Shown here piece by piece: positions 50,164 through 61,284 of a stretch of 64,000 nucleotides of DNA (positions are counted from its first letter, which is position 1; every line of letters begins with the position of its first letter). The DNA comes from Convolutriloba macropyga. Lineage: Eukaryota. The DNA is taken from assembly GCF_964194025.1 (NCBI RefSeq), contig NC_134481.1, positions 7,068,001-7,132,000 on the forward strand, written 5' to 3'. The notes under the pieces were generated by a model. That model was not told the origin of the DNA, ran no database searches, and saw only the letters and a list, made by a program, of their open reading frames with translations. A program made the translations under genes and the position numbers.

Positions 50164-50604
50164 TTATGAGTCCGCATGCTTGGAGAACATGTCTTCTACC
50201 CACCAAACACCGTAGTGATTTAGGTCACGAGAGTACGGGAACATAATTCCTTTGCTGTTTTTCAACGGGTGAAACCCTTGTTCTTTTCGAATTCTTTCAA
50301 TGGTTTGAAAATAAGTTTGGAGAGAAAGCAATGAATTGTTGACTTTTTCTTCGGCTAGGTGGAGGTTATGATGTCTAGCTGCCTCTAAAGTTCTCCACAA
50401 ATCCTTCGGAAGTATCAAGCTAGTTGTCTGAGTTTTAATTGTTACTCTAGTGCAATCCACCTCAAAAGATAATTCCAAATTGTTATCGGTTACTACCGTT
50501 TTAAATATTGATGCTTCCGTGATAGGAGCGTAATCTAAATCGGAATGAAAAGTAGAAAGAAAAGATGTTGAAGGAAGTAAAGGAAGAATTGGAGTATTTT
50601 GCAT
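50164..50604 (-). CDS. Polinton hypothetical protein (~146 aa)
   Basis: Open frame co-oriented with the other element genes; likely ATG at 50604 (MQNTP). Contains VTIKTQTTSLILPKDLWRTL. Confidence 0.55.
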   Translation of the reverse strand: MQNTPILPLLPSTSFLSTFHSDLDYAPITEASIFKTVVTDNNLELSFEVDCTRVTIKTQTTSLILPKDLWRTLEAARHHNLHLAEEKVNNSLLSLQTYFQTIERIRKEQGFHPLKNSKGIMFPYSRDLNHYGVWWVEDMFSKHADS

Positions 50605-50889
50605 TTTTTTAAGGCTACTTATGTTCAACCAAGAAAAAAGACAAAATGAATCGTAAATGTTTTTCAGCATCAACATTCCAAAATCAGATCTGACAGATTA
50701 TGTGATTGGCTAAAAAAAAATAAGAAATAGACATTTTCAAAACAATAATACAACTTTTTCTGAAATCGGAAAATTGGAACTTCAGTTTAAAACGACACAG
50801 TGAAACACTATTTTAAACAAAAAATTGATTAAAATTGTAAAAAAATCTGTAAAAACCAAAAATAAAAAATTGTGCTTTTTTGTTAATAT

Positions 50890-52059
50890 GGGAATGGGTG
50901 GGTAAATGACCTTATTAGTTTGTTGTTAAGACACTATCTTGCTAATCCCTTTAGTGTGAAGAGCTTGGGTATCATACTGAGGTTCATTTTTGAAAATCAC
51001 GTAAGCTGTACATAAGTGTAAATGAGTCATCCTATCTATTTTAATATTAAAACATTACCTAGCTAATCCCCCTTTGTGTGAACAGCTTGGGTGTCATGCT
51101 GTGAGGTACACTTTTGGAAATTTACATTTTTAAAGTGTAATATGGGAAAGGGTAAATGACCTAATTTAATATTAAGGGATTATCTTGCTAATCCCCTCGT
51201 GTGAACAGCTTGGGTGTCATGCTGTGAGGTACACTTTTGGAAATTTACATTATTAAAGTGTAATATGGGAAAGGGTAAATGACCTTACTAATTTAATATC
51301 AAGGGATTATCTTGCTAATCCCCTTCGTGTGAACAGCTTGGGTGTCATGCTGTGAGGTACATTTTTCAAAATCACGTAAGCTGTACATAAGTGTAAATGA
51401 GTCATCTTATCTAATTTAATATCAAAACATTACCTAGCTAATCCCCCTTTGTGTGAACAGTTTGGTTATCATACTGTGAGGTACGTTTTTGAAAAGTCGT
51501 TCGTAACTGTAAATGAGTCATCCTAACTATTATTAAAGGATTATCTTGTTAATCCCCTTAGTGTGAACAGCTTGGGTATCATGCTGTGAGGTGCACTTTT
51601 GAAAAGTCGTACGTAACTGTAAATGAGTCATCCTAATTTATTATTAAAGGATTATCTTGCTAATACCTTTCGTGTGAACAGCTTGAGTATCATGCTGTGA
51701 GGAGGTACATCTTTGGAAATCACGTAAACCGTACGTAAGTGTAAATGAGTCACCCTATCTAATTTAATATTAAAAAATTACCTAACTAATCCCCTTTGAG
51801 AGAACAGCTTGGGTGTCATGCTGTGAGGTACGTCTTTGAAAATTTACATTATTAAAGTGCAATATGGGAATTAGTAAGCCTTACTAATTTAATATTAAGG
51901 GATTAACTTGCTAATCCCCCTCGTGTGAACAGCGTGGGTGTCAAGCTGTGAGGTACATCTTTGGAATTTGAGCAAAAATGGGCTATACCTAATCTTAATA
52001 CATAGGTACTTCCTTTTACCCCCCCCCCCCCCCCCCTGTCTTGCTCACGATATACTACT
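50890..52059 (-). repeat. Right repeat array (9 cores) and right TIR
   Basis: Reverse-complement cores GCTAATCCCC..GTGTGAACAGCTTGGGTGTCATGCTGTGAGGTA. 51580-52059 is nearly identical to the reverse complement of 42325-42803. Confidence 0.93.
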
Positions 52060-52523
52060 GCCACAACATTGGATAAAAACTTGAACACAAGACGTAAAAA
52101 GAACAATTTCAGCATTTACATCACTGAAACAAGAACAAATTTGAAAAACAAGTGCATTAGAAACACTACAAAAGTTAAAAAATATATACACTATAACTAA
52201 ATACACACTACAAAACTAAATCAATATAAAAACGCCATTCCACATAACTGATACGAAATACTCACTCGGAAATTATGAATCCGCAAAATATTGTATTATA
52301 GGAAACATGATAACTGGTGACAATGAAAAAAGGCCGACATTCTTGTTTCAGTATGACGGATAAGAACTGACAGATTCAAAAAGATCCGGCAGATCTGGCA
52401 AGTTGAACTTAATTTTGAACAAAATAAGTGTAAATACTCATAATTTGACAAAACGAGTTCAAACTCTTCCAAAATTCTAATTTTTAAAAAAAGAATTAAG
52501 ATTAAAAATGAAAACGAAGAACA

Positions 52524-54318
52524 TCGTTTGTTTTTGTACTTATACAATATGAGAAAATAAACAAATTTTCCGCTATTTAGGTTAATTAACGTTTAGGTAA
52601 GTTTTGATTGAATTATTATTTGACTGAAATTTTTTTCAAGCTTTCAAGAATTCTTGCAGTAAATACTAGTTATTGGAAAAACTTCGTTTTGTCGATGACG
52701 ATTTCGAGTCGTTTCCGGAAGTCTTTCGGATATATTTTTTTAAACTTTTTCAGGCGGCGTTTGGATTTGAAAATGACTTAATTTGGCGGGTCGATGAATT
52801 TTTGCTCGGCGAAGGAGGTTTTTGTTCTTGACATTGAATAGGTTTTGTGACAGAAAGTGCATCGAGCCGCTAGCTGTTTTTCTCGTCCATCTGACTCCAT
52901 TTTCCGCTTGTAATTGCTTGAAATTAGAGTGTTGTCGAAAATCAATAATTCGTTTAGAGCGCAAACTTGGCTGCAACTTCTCAATTTTTTCAATTGATTT
53001 TTAGCTTTTTGTTTTTAGCGTTTATCGTAACAGACCTTTGTCAACTCGTGCATTCAATTGCTGTTTTAGACGTTAAGTGATTTTCTTTTATGAGACTCAT
53101 GCATGAAAATATGTATAATAAGTGGATTTTTGTGGTTACACCAATTATTCTAAACCTTTTGAGTTCTCTTTGTTTTTTTGGAATGAGTTTTCGTGCACTG
53201 TCAATTTGCTGTCCGTAATTGTCTGACTGTGAATGATTGACACAAAAAAGCCTTTTGCAAAAATTTTGCAAAACTTTATAAATTGCACTTTTGAATCAAA
53301 TTTTCATTGAGTTCCCAAAAATTGAGGACAGCAAATTGAATTTGCGCGAAAAAACTTATTCCAATAAAACAAAAAAATTCAAAGAGGTTTAGAAATTGGT
53401 GCAGACACAAAAATTGATTTTTGTGATTGCGCCAAATTTTCTAAACCTCTTTGGACTTTCGTTTGTTTTATTGGAGCAAACTTTTTGGTCCACAATCAAT
53501 TTGCTGCCCTTAATTGTTAAGAGCTCAAGGAAAATTTGATTCAAAAATGAAATTTATAAACGATTGCAAATTTTTCTGCAAAAGACTTTTTTGTTTTGAA
53601 TCTGTTTTAATCAATCAGAATAAGACAACAATTGCAGACAGCAAATTGACTGTGCACGAAAACTCTCATTCAAAAGACTCCAAAAAGGTTTAGAATAATT
53701 GATGTAACAACGAAAATCCACTTAGTAGACATATTTACATACATGAGTCTCATAAAAGAAAATCTCTTAACGTCAAAAACAGCAATGGAATGCATGAGTT
53801 GATAAAAGTCTGTTACGATAAACGCTAAAAACAAAAGGCAAAAAATCAATTGAAAAATTTGAGAAGTGGCAGCCAATTTTGCGCTCTAAACGAAAAATTG
53901 GTCATCAACAACACTTTAATTTCAAGCAATTACAAGCACAAAAGTCAGATGGACGAGAAAAACAGCTAGCGGCTCGATGCACTTTCTGTCACAAAACCTA
54001 TTCAAAGTCAAGAAGGCATTGATGAACGAAACCCTCCTTCGCCGAGCAAAAATTCATGGACCCGCCAACTTAACTCGGTATCAGGTCCAAACGCCGCTGA
54101 AAACGTTAAAAAAAATCGAATCAACTCCGAAAACAACTCGAAATCGTCAGCGCCAAATATCAGTTTTTCAAATAACTAGTATTTTCTGCAAGAACTCTTG
54201 AAAGCAAGACGAAAAAATTAGTCAAAATAACGGATGAAAATTTACCTAAACGTTAATTAACCTAAAGATCGGAAAATTTATTTTCTTTCTCATATAGTAT
54301 AAGTACAAAAACAAACGA
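52524..54318. repeat. ~1.8-kb imperfect palindrome (foldback element), centre ~53415
   Basis: Ends TCGTTTGTTTTTGTACTTATAC and GTATAAGTACAAAAACAAACGA. Arms stay complementary to the centre, CAAAGAGGTTTAGAAATTGG...CCAAATTTTCTAAACCTCTTTG. Confidence 0.9.
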
Positions 54319-55779
54319 AAAACTTTTTTCGTACAATCGAGGAAAACTTAGCTCGCAAACATCTATAAATACGAAAAGAAAAACTGAAAAAAAAAGAAAA
54401 AAGCAGTGAATGAACTAAAACCTCCCTCGCTGAGCAAAAATTCATGCACCCGACAACTTAGTTCAGTGTCAGTTCAAAACGCCCCTTGAATACATCGTAG
54501 TTCCGTTTAAAACATTTAGCTCGCAAACATCTATAAATAAGAAAAAAATAAAAAAAACAAAATAGTAGAACTAACAAACTTATTGAAAAAAATGCTTTGT
54601 ACAACAAATCTTCATTCCGTTACTACTAGAAAATGCCAAGAAGCTTTAGGCTTCAACTCAGTTAAAAATAAATGCATGAAAACAATGCAATTGGTAAAAT
54701 ATCGGCAAGAAAGCCTAAAATCTGCAAAATAGTTGAAAAAGCTCCAAATTAACGATAAACTCCCCGAGTCCTCAGAACACTATTCAAACAACCTGATATT
54801 ACACTAATTTAGCCTACAATAACTTTTTACACAACACAAGAAATTTCGAAATCGAAAACCGCACGTGAACAAAGAAATCTTGCTAAGAAAAATTTACTCA
54901 CACCTAAATGTCGCCGTTTCAAACGAAAATAGTAAACAAAACGTCACTCTGGTAGAATACAGTAAACAAAACATCACATAGTAAACAAGACATCACTCTA
55001 TCTTTTCAGCGCTCTTCAAAATTTGTCCACCAAGTAACCTCAAAAAATTAATCACTCCCTGAACTTCCGGCTTCTTTGTACGCTCACTTGAAGAAAAACA
55101 GGATACCATAACGCCTCTTTCAGTAAAATAAAACAAAACTCCTCTTCTAGTTGTAAAAGCAAGAAACTGAAACACTACTCGAATCGTAACGAGAGCACTC
55201 CAATAAAATTCAAATTCTTTGAGTCGTTAAAAAACCTAGAGCAGGCCAATCATAACTCCACTCTGCAATCGCTTTCGCAGCTAAAAATTAGATGATATCA
55301 ACTCAGCTATCAATCAGCTACTTTGAGCACAGTGTAGGAATCCATAAGGTAGTTCCACTTAACTTGACACAAAGGATTCTATTACGTGATTTTATTGACC
55401 TGAAAAGGCTAATCATTATGCTCAGTTATGCTAAAATGTGACCAAAACCAATTATGAATTGCACTGATTAGTAGTAGTAAAGAAAACTTTGAAAGGTTGA
55501 AGAAAGGTTGGCAAAGAGGAGGCAGAATTTTATGATTGACACTCGAGATCGAATGAAACCTACAACATTTTTCGAAAAGTAAGAACATTAAATGTCGGGA
55601 AAAGTAAAAAGTAACAATTGAAAAGATAACACTAAGAATTGAGAGCTAATTATTTAATTAATTATGCAATTAAACTAAGTTATTTCAGTGGCAGTCCCGC
55701 ATGGTATCCGGCAGTACAAGTTGATATTCCCTGCTTTCGGCTAATTTTTCGAGCATCAAAATGTTAAGTTGAAGAAAGA

Positions 55780-58700
55780 TTGGGAGCAGTGAGCTTATCT
55801 GGATACAATGTTGCGGACCGAAAGGACAGAACAGACCGAAAAGGCGGAAGTTCGCTTATATACGTGAGGGACGACATGCCCTACACGACGATAGATGTCA
55901 CCAGGCAAAATGGACCGGCAGACATCACAGCAGTACAGATCCACCCCCGAGCCACGGAACCGATAACAGTGATCAATGTGTACAATCCTCCTCCGAGATG
56001 GACGGAGGCAGGAGATGAGGACAACTCAGAGTCCAACTTTGATTTAGAGTTGTTACCAACGCCCCAGACAGCCATAATCTGCGGCGACTTTAACGCAGAT
56101 GGATCCTGGGATCCCTTCCAACCAGAGGACAGAGCCGGTCTAGAGATAGATGAATGGATAGTCGACATGGAACTCACCCTCTTGAACGACGGAGCACACA
56201 CAAGGGTGAACCCAGCGAGTGGAGGCCAATCAGTTCCAGACATCTCGCTCTGCATCGCAAACCTAGAAGTAGACTGGAAAACGGAACGCGGAATCGGCTC
56301 TGACCACCTGCCAATACTAACGAAGATAGCAGTCGGCGCCCCCACGGAACAACGAAAGGGAAAGGGACGCTTCGCCTTCCAGAAAGCAAACTGGCAGAAA
56401 TACCAGGAGATCCTAGAAGAGAAGTGCAAAAACTGGATCCCTAGTGAGAAGATCGGCAAAGAAGACAAGCGATTAACCGAAGTACTTCTCCAAGCCGCCC
56501 ACGCCTCAATACCCTTCGGAAATGGAGGCAAGTCACGCCTGCCCTTCTGGAATGAAGACTGCACTGAAGCTGTAAAAGAACGAGATGAAGCCCAGAAAAG
56601 AGCAACCGCACCAAGACACTCGACAAAGATGTCATGGCATATGTGGAACTGAAAAAGAAGGCACAGCAGACCATCAAAAAAGGCCAAAGCGGCGTTTATC
56701 CGCGAAAGGACAATGCGACTAGGAGCTAGTTGCAACCTATGGGGGCTTATCAAAGCCATGGATAAGCGTATACCCACTGCAAAGCCCTCCGCGTCAATCG
56801 CAAAGCCAAACAGCGATAAACGAGCCATTGCTGACAGAGAAAAAGCGGATCTTTTCTGCAGCACTTTCGCCCAGGTCGCAAGGATCGAGAAAAACAAGAA
56901 GCAAGACAAACCAGTGCGACTGGAGGCAAGACACACACTTGCTCAAAACTGCACCTGTAATGGATCCCGCCATGATTACTGCAGCATGTTCACGACCCAG
57001 GAACTTAACCAAGCTTTGAACGACATCAAAACAGGCAAGAGCCCAGGTCCGGATGGGGTCACAAACAAGCTGCTAATCTGGCTGCCAGACACTACAAAGC
57101 GATTAGTACTGGATCTCATAAACAGAAGCTGGCGAGAACGTGACACCCCCGCATCATAGCGCAGAGCAGAGATAGTTGCCATTCCTAAGAAGGGAAAGGA
57201 CTCAGGAATCGTAACGAACTATCGCCCCATATCCCTGTTAAGTTGCGTATCGAAGCTCATGGAACGAATGATCCAAGCGAGGTTACTGCACTTTCTTGAA
57301 ACCCGGGGCCTCTTGAACCAAAACCAGGCCGATTTCCGAAAAGGAAGGAGTACAATGGACCAGATTGTGCATATCCTACAGGCGACTTTCGACGCCTTCG
57401 ATCAAACGCCCCCACACAGAAGCATTTTAGCGATGCTTGACTTCACAAAAGCATACGACCGCGTATGGAGGGACGCGCTTCTGCACAAAATGGACAAACT
57501 TGGAATCCCGACATGCAACATCAAGTGGACTAAAAGCCTGACTTACGACCGACGTTCGAGAGTGAGATGGAACGCAGTCATATCCAAGTCGAGAGTATTC
57601 CAGGAAGGATTGCCCCAAGGCAGCGTGTTAGCCCCACTACCGTGGCTCATATACATAAACGACATCTCCGAAGGATGTAGCAGTAAAGCCCTCTGGTCAC
57701 TTTTCGCGGACGACACTGGTATCCTGGCTACAGCAAGGTCTCTGAAATAATGCGCCACAATACTTCAGCCCGCCCTCAACCACGTGTATGATTGGATCAA
57801 AAAGTGGAAAGTGGACATGTCTCCCGGAAAATGTTGCTTTACAACCTTCACCTTGGACCCAGCAGAGACTAAGGGAAAAAAGACGCCAAAGCTCTGCCTA
57901 GGTGGAACACCACTACCCTTCGAGCAGAATCCAACGTTCCTGGGAATAAAACTGGATGACCAGCTAACTTTATCAGCCCACGCCGAGACAGTGAGAAAGA
58001 AGATGATCGAGAGGAAGCGGTGCATATCCTCGCTAAGTGGAAAATCCTACGGTAGCAACCCATTTACACTGCGAACAGCGTACATAGGATACATCCGATC
58101 AGTGTGGGAGTATGGAGCTGCAGTCAGGGTGAACCACGCGGCGCCCGCAACGAGAGCAAAAGTTGAAAGCCAACAGAATCATTGTGCAAGGATAATAACT
58201 GGATGCCTTCGCAACTCAATGAGTGAAAAGGTTGTTGCCGAAGCGCGACTTTTCCCCCTGTCACTGAGAGCAAAGGAACTGGCTGCCAGAGAGAGAACGA
58301 GAATACGAAAACTCCCGGCGGACAACCCAGTCAAATCCTTAGTGGAGGCTGCCGTGAAGCCAAGACTCAAGTACAGAGCACGAGAAGCATGGACCCGAAC
58401 CTTGAAGAACGACCCACGTGCACAGCCACCCGACGATGATTGCGTTCTAGAGTTCAAACCGAGTTTCCGTCGCATAGCTGAATGGATTGAACTGGAAAGT
58501 GGTCTACAAAACAACCTTGTAGATACCCACACGACCTCGCTATCACCATGGCAAGAAACAAGCGGCATACAGATAATAGCCAAACCGCCAAACATGCCGA
58601 AGAGAACAGAAGCCCCGGAACTCAGGAAGCAGCGCGCACTAGAAGCCACCGACAAATACCAAACCGATGTAACAGTGTGGACAGACGGATCTGTACAAGA

Positions 58701-59494
58701 GAATCAACGAAATGGTGGAGCCGGAATTTTCCTAATCGACAACTTGCAGAACACCTCATATGACATGAAGCAGCCCACAGGAGCCATCTGTAGTAGCACA
58801 AGGGCAGAACTTGTTGCTATAGAAACGGCACTATCAAATCTCCCAGAGAGCTATAAGAACCTTGTCTTATACACCGACTCCAGAGCAGCCCTGCGGACGC
58901 TGTAGAAAGGTTCAACAAGACAAACAACAAGCGTTGGCACACGCATCTGGGAAAATCTGGTCGAGATCAGAAACCACGGCAGGACAGTATGCCTACACTG
59001 GGTGCCAAGACACGCAGATCTTGATGGAAACGAACACGCAGACACGCTGGCCAAAGAGGCATTGGAGATGGCACAAGAAGAAGTTCCCCTAGATTTCGCC
59101 TGCTTCAAGATTGCTGTCCGCTTTTTCATTACCACTCAGTGGAGCTCAAGAGAGAGCCGCCTGCCTGACCCCATTGGCATCGACGACTGTAACCGATGGG
59201 AACGCTGCACCATCAGCCAACTGAGAGTTGGCAGTTCAAGCCTGACAAAAGACACGCTCTTCAAATTTGGGAAATGTAACAGCCCAATCTGCGACGATTG
59301 CGAGACAGAAGAAGACTCAATCGAACACATGCTGACGAGGTGCCAAAGCACAGCCCAAATACGACTCGAACACTTCGGACCAAACAACTCGATCGACGAC
59401 GCCCTGAAGACACCAGCGACAACCCTCCTAAAATTCCTAAAGAGTGGGACGCTTCAAAACTGGAGCCCCCAGACCCCCTTCGGGGGACTGATGC

Positions 59495-59554
<60 letters not shown>
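55780..59554 (+). mobile_element. 5'-truncated RNase H-containing non-LTR retrotransposon (I-group like): APE-RT-RNase H-Zn knuckle, (AG)29 tail; inactivated
   Basis: APE: NVYNPP, CGDFN, GSDH. RT: KSPGPDG, YRPISLL, LDFTKAYD, PQGSVL, FADD. RNase H: WTDGS, RAEL, YTDS, GNEHAD. Zn knuckle: CDDC...HMLTRC. Frameshift near 56630 and stops at 57157, 57748 and 58903. Confidence 0.92.
59497..59554 (+). repeat. (AG)29 microsatellite, 3' tail of the LINE
   Basis: 58 nt of perfect AG repeat directly after the element 3' end. Confidence 0.95.
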
Positions 59555-59558
<4 letters not shown>

Positions 59559-59599
59559 AGAATATTCAGTAGTCGCAATTGTTTAATGTAATTTTTTTC

Positions 59600-60180
59600 T
59601 GTCTCCTGTAATCCATTTCACTACTTTCTCAGAAGGTTGTAAACCTGGTCTGTTTTTTCCAACCTGGTATCAACAAGTGTTTTCCATGACAGATTATTGG
59701 AGGGATGCATTCTCAGGTGTTTGACAACAGAAGATCTTGCCAGGTTTTGTCCGAGAAGTTTGCTTTGTCAGCCCCTTTTTACAAATAATTTGGGAACAGT
59801 TCTCGACTACAAGTTCCATTTGGTTCACAAACACACAGTGAAATGCAGATTGCCTTGCAATTTCCAGTAGTTTCTATCAATAGCTTCAAGTCATCATCGA
59901 AAAAATGGGGATCTGCGAAAACCAGAATGTCTGTAAAATCGTTGATGAAAACAAAGAACAAAATAGGACCCAGAAGAGAACCTTTTGGGTCTCCATTTGA
60001 CACCTCTAATACAGCACAATTAGTATTGATCCCTCTAACATATTGTTTTCTGTTCTCAAGATAGTCAAAAAGGATCTTCAATAGGCAACTTCCTAAACCG
60101 AACTGTGCTAGGTTTCTCATTAACTCAAAATGGGATACTTTATTGAATGCCTTGAAGAATTCTGTATATGAGTTCTGCGT
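59600..60180 (-). mobile_element. Degraded CR1/L2-type RT fragment
   Basis: KAFNKVSHFELMRNL...DYLENRKQYV...PKGSLLGPILFFVFIND...FDDDLKL. Confidence 0.8.
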
Positions 60181-60497
60181 TTGTGTTTGTTAAGGGCTTC
60201 GCAAAGCTGTGAGAAGAGAAGTACGTCAACCTCCAAGAATCTCCCTTCAAACTATAAGTATGTCTCCAAAACAGTTTCTGTGAATCGCATACTTGGCGAC
60301 TAGTGAGCTGAGACTAGTGAACTTGGCGAATAGACTATTGAACTTAATGCCCACTGGGCGCTACCTGTTTATCCCGTTTTTGAGGACGAAAAGTCAAATG
60401 GGTCAGACGAAAAATCTGTCAAGCGAAAAATGGCATAAAAGAGACCGACAAGACTAATATAATTGCCACAAACTTCGTTTGAGAGCAATTAAAAACA

Positions 60498-60870
60498 CCC
60501 ATCCCTCAACATTGCGTGAATATTGTCTGGTTCAGAGACCTCCCCGCACTAAGTTTTCCCTAAATATTTAGTATTTACAAAATTATGCATAGAATAGGAA
60601 GATCAAACAAAAGACTTTATAAAGTAATGGATGAACAGCAAAGGTGCTATAAACGCACAATTAGTTGAGTTCAACTAACAGCTTCTCATCAACTCCTATT
60701 GAAATTGAACTATCAATTTTGCGCCTCCTTATCGTCCTTGAGTGGAGCCGATTAAAAGAGCGAATCTGACATTTTTAAAACAAACAGGTCATAAATACGA
60801 ATAAGTCTCGCCTGAGCCTATTTTTGGATCCCAAATGTCTAACTTTTTCATTGCAAGCAAAAACACAAAC
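60498..60870 (-). mobile_element. Short 5'-truncated copy of the CRE-clade element 3' end
   Basis: Shares CAACA..G.GTGAATATTG.CTGGTTC, AACTAACAGCTTCT and CGTCCTTGA with 61285-61510. Confidence 0.6.
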
Positions 60871-61284
60871 CATTGATCACAAAAGTTCTTATCCAAATCA
60901 AGAAATTCTAGAACCAGCGATCGAGCTCAAAAGGTTAAAGATCATTCCACTTCGTGCTTAGTTGGTTTGCAAATGTACCTTGATTTCTCTGTCTTTCTCT
61001 CTAAAAATATGAACCTGAGAGAACTATGAGTGTATTCCTCGATCGAGCGGTAAACGCATTCTATCTCTGTTATCAAGGAACATGAATTAGATGAAGGATT
61101 ATGGGAGCGACAGCCGATCAGGACCATGTGCATGTCCGTCCAGCGCTGAAGTTAGCGACCTAACTAGATGGGTCCCCACTAATCACGGCGATTCCACGAG
61201 CCAACCGACTTGTCAACTAAGACTTCAACGGACAAATTGACTAAATGGATTCAGCTTGGTTAAGATGGAAAAGTTAAATTAAGA

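Larger units (their letters stand above)
42325..52059 (-). mobile_element. Polinton/Maverick, internally deleted (non-autonomous), 9735 bp
   Basis: Termini AGTAGTATATCGTGAGCAAGACAG(G)n and (C)nTGTCTTGCTCACGATATACTACT. 6-bp TSD GCCACA at 42319-42324 and 52060-52065. Integrase, A32-type ATPase and penton genes inside. Confidence 0.95.

Noticed and set aside
55881-56936. 351-aa minus-strand ORF, and other antisense ORFs in the LINE
   Set aside because: Antisense to the GC-richer APE/RT coding sequence, with no independent domain signal.
59490-59591. RERERE / SLSLSL protein tails
   Set aside because: Read-through into the (AG)29 microsatellite.
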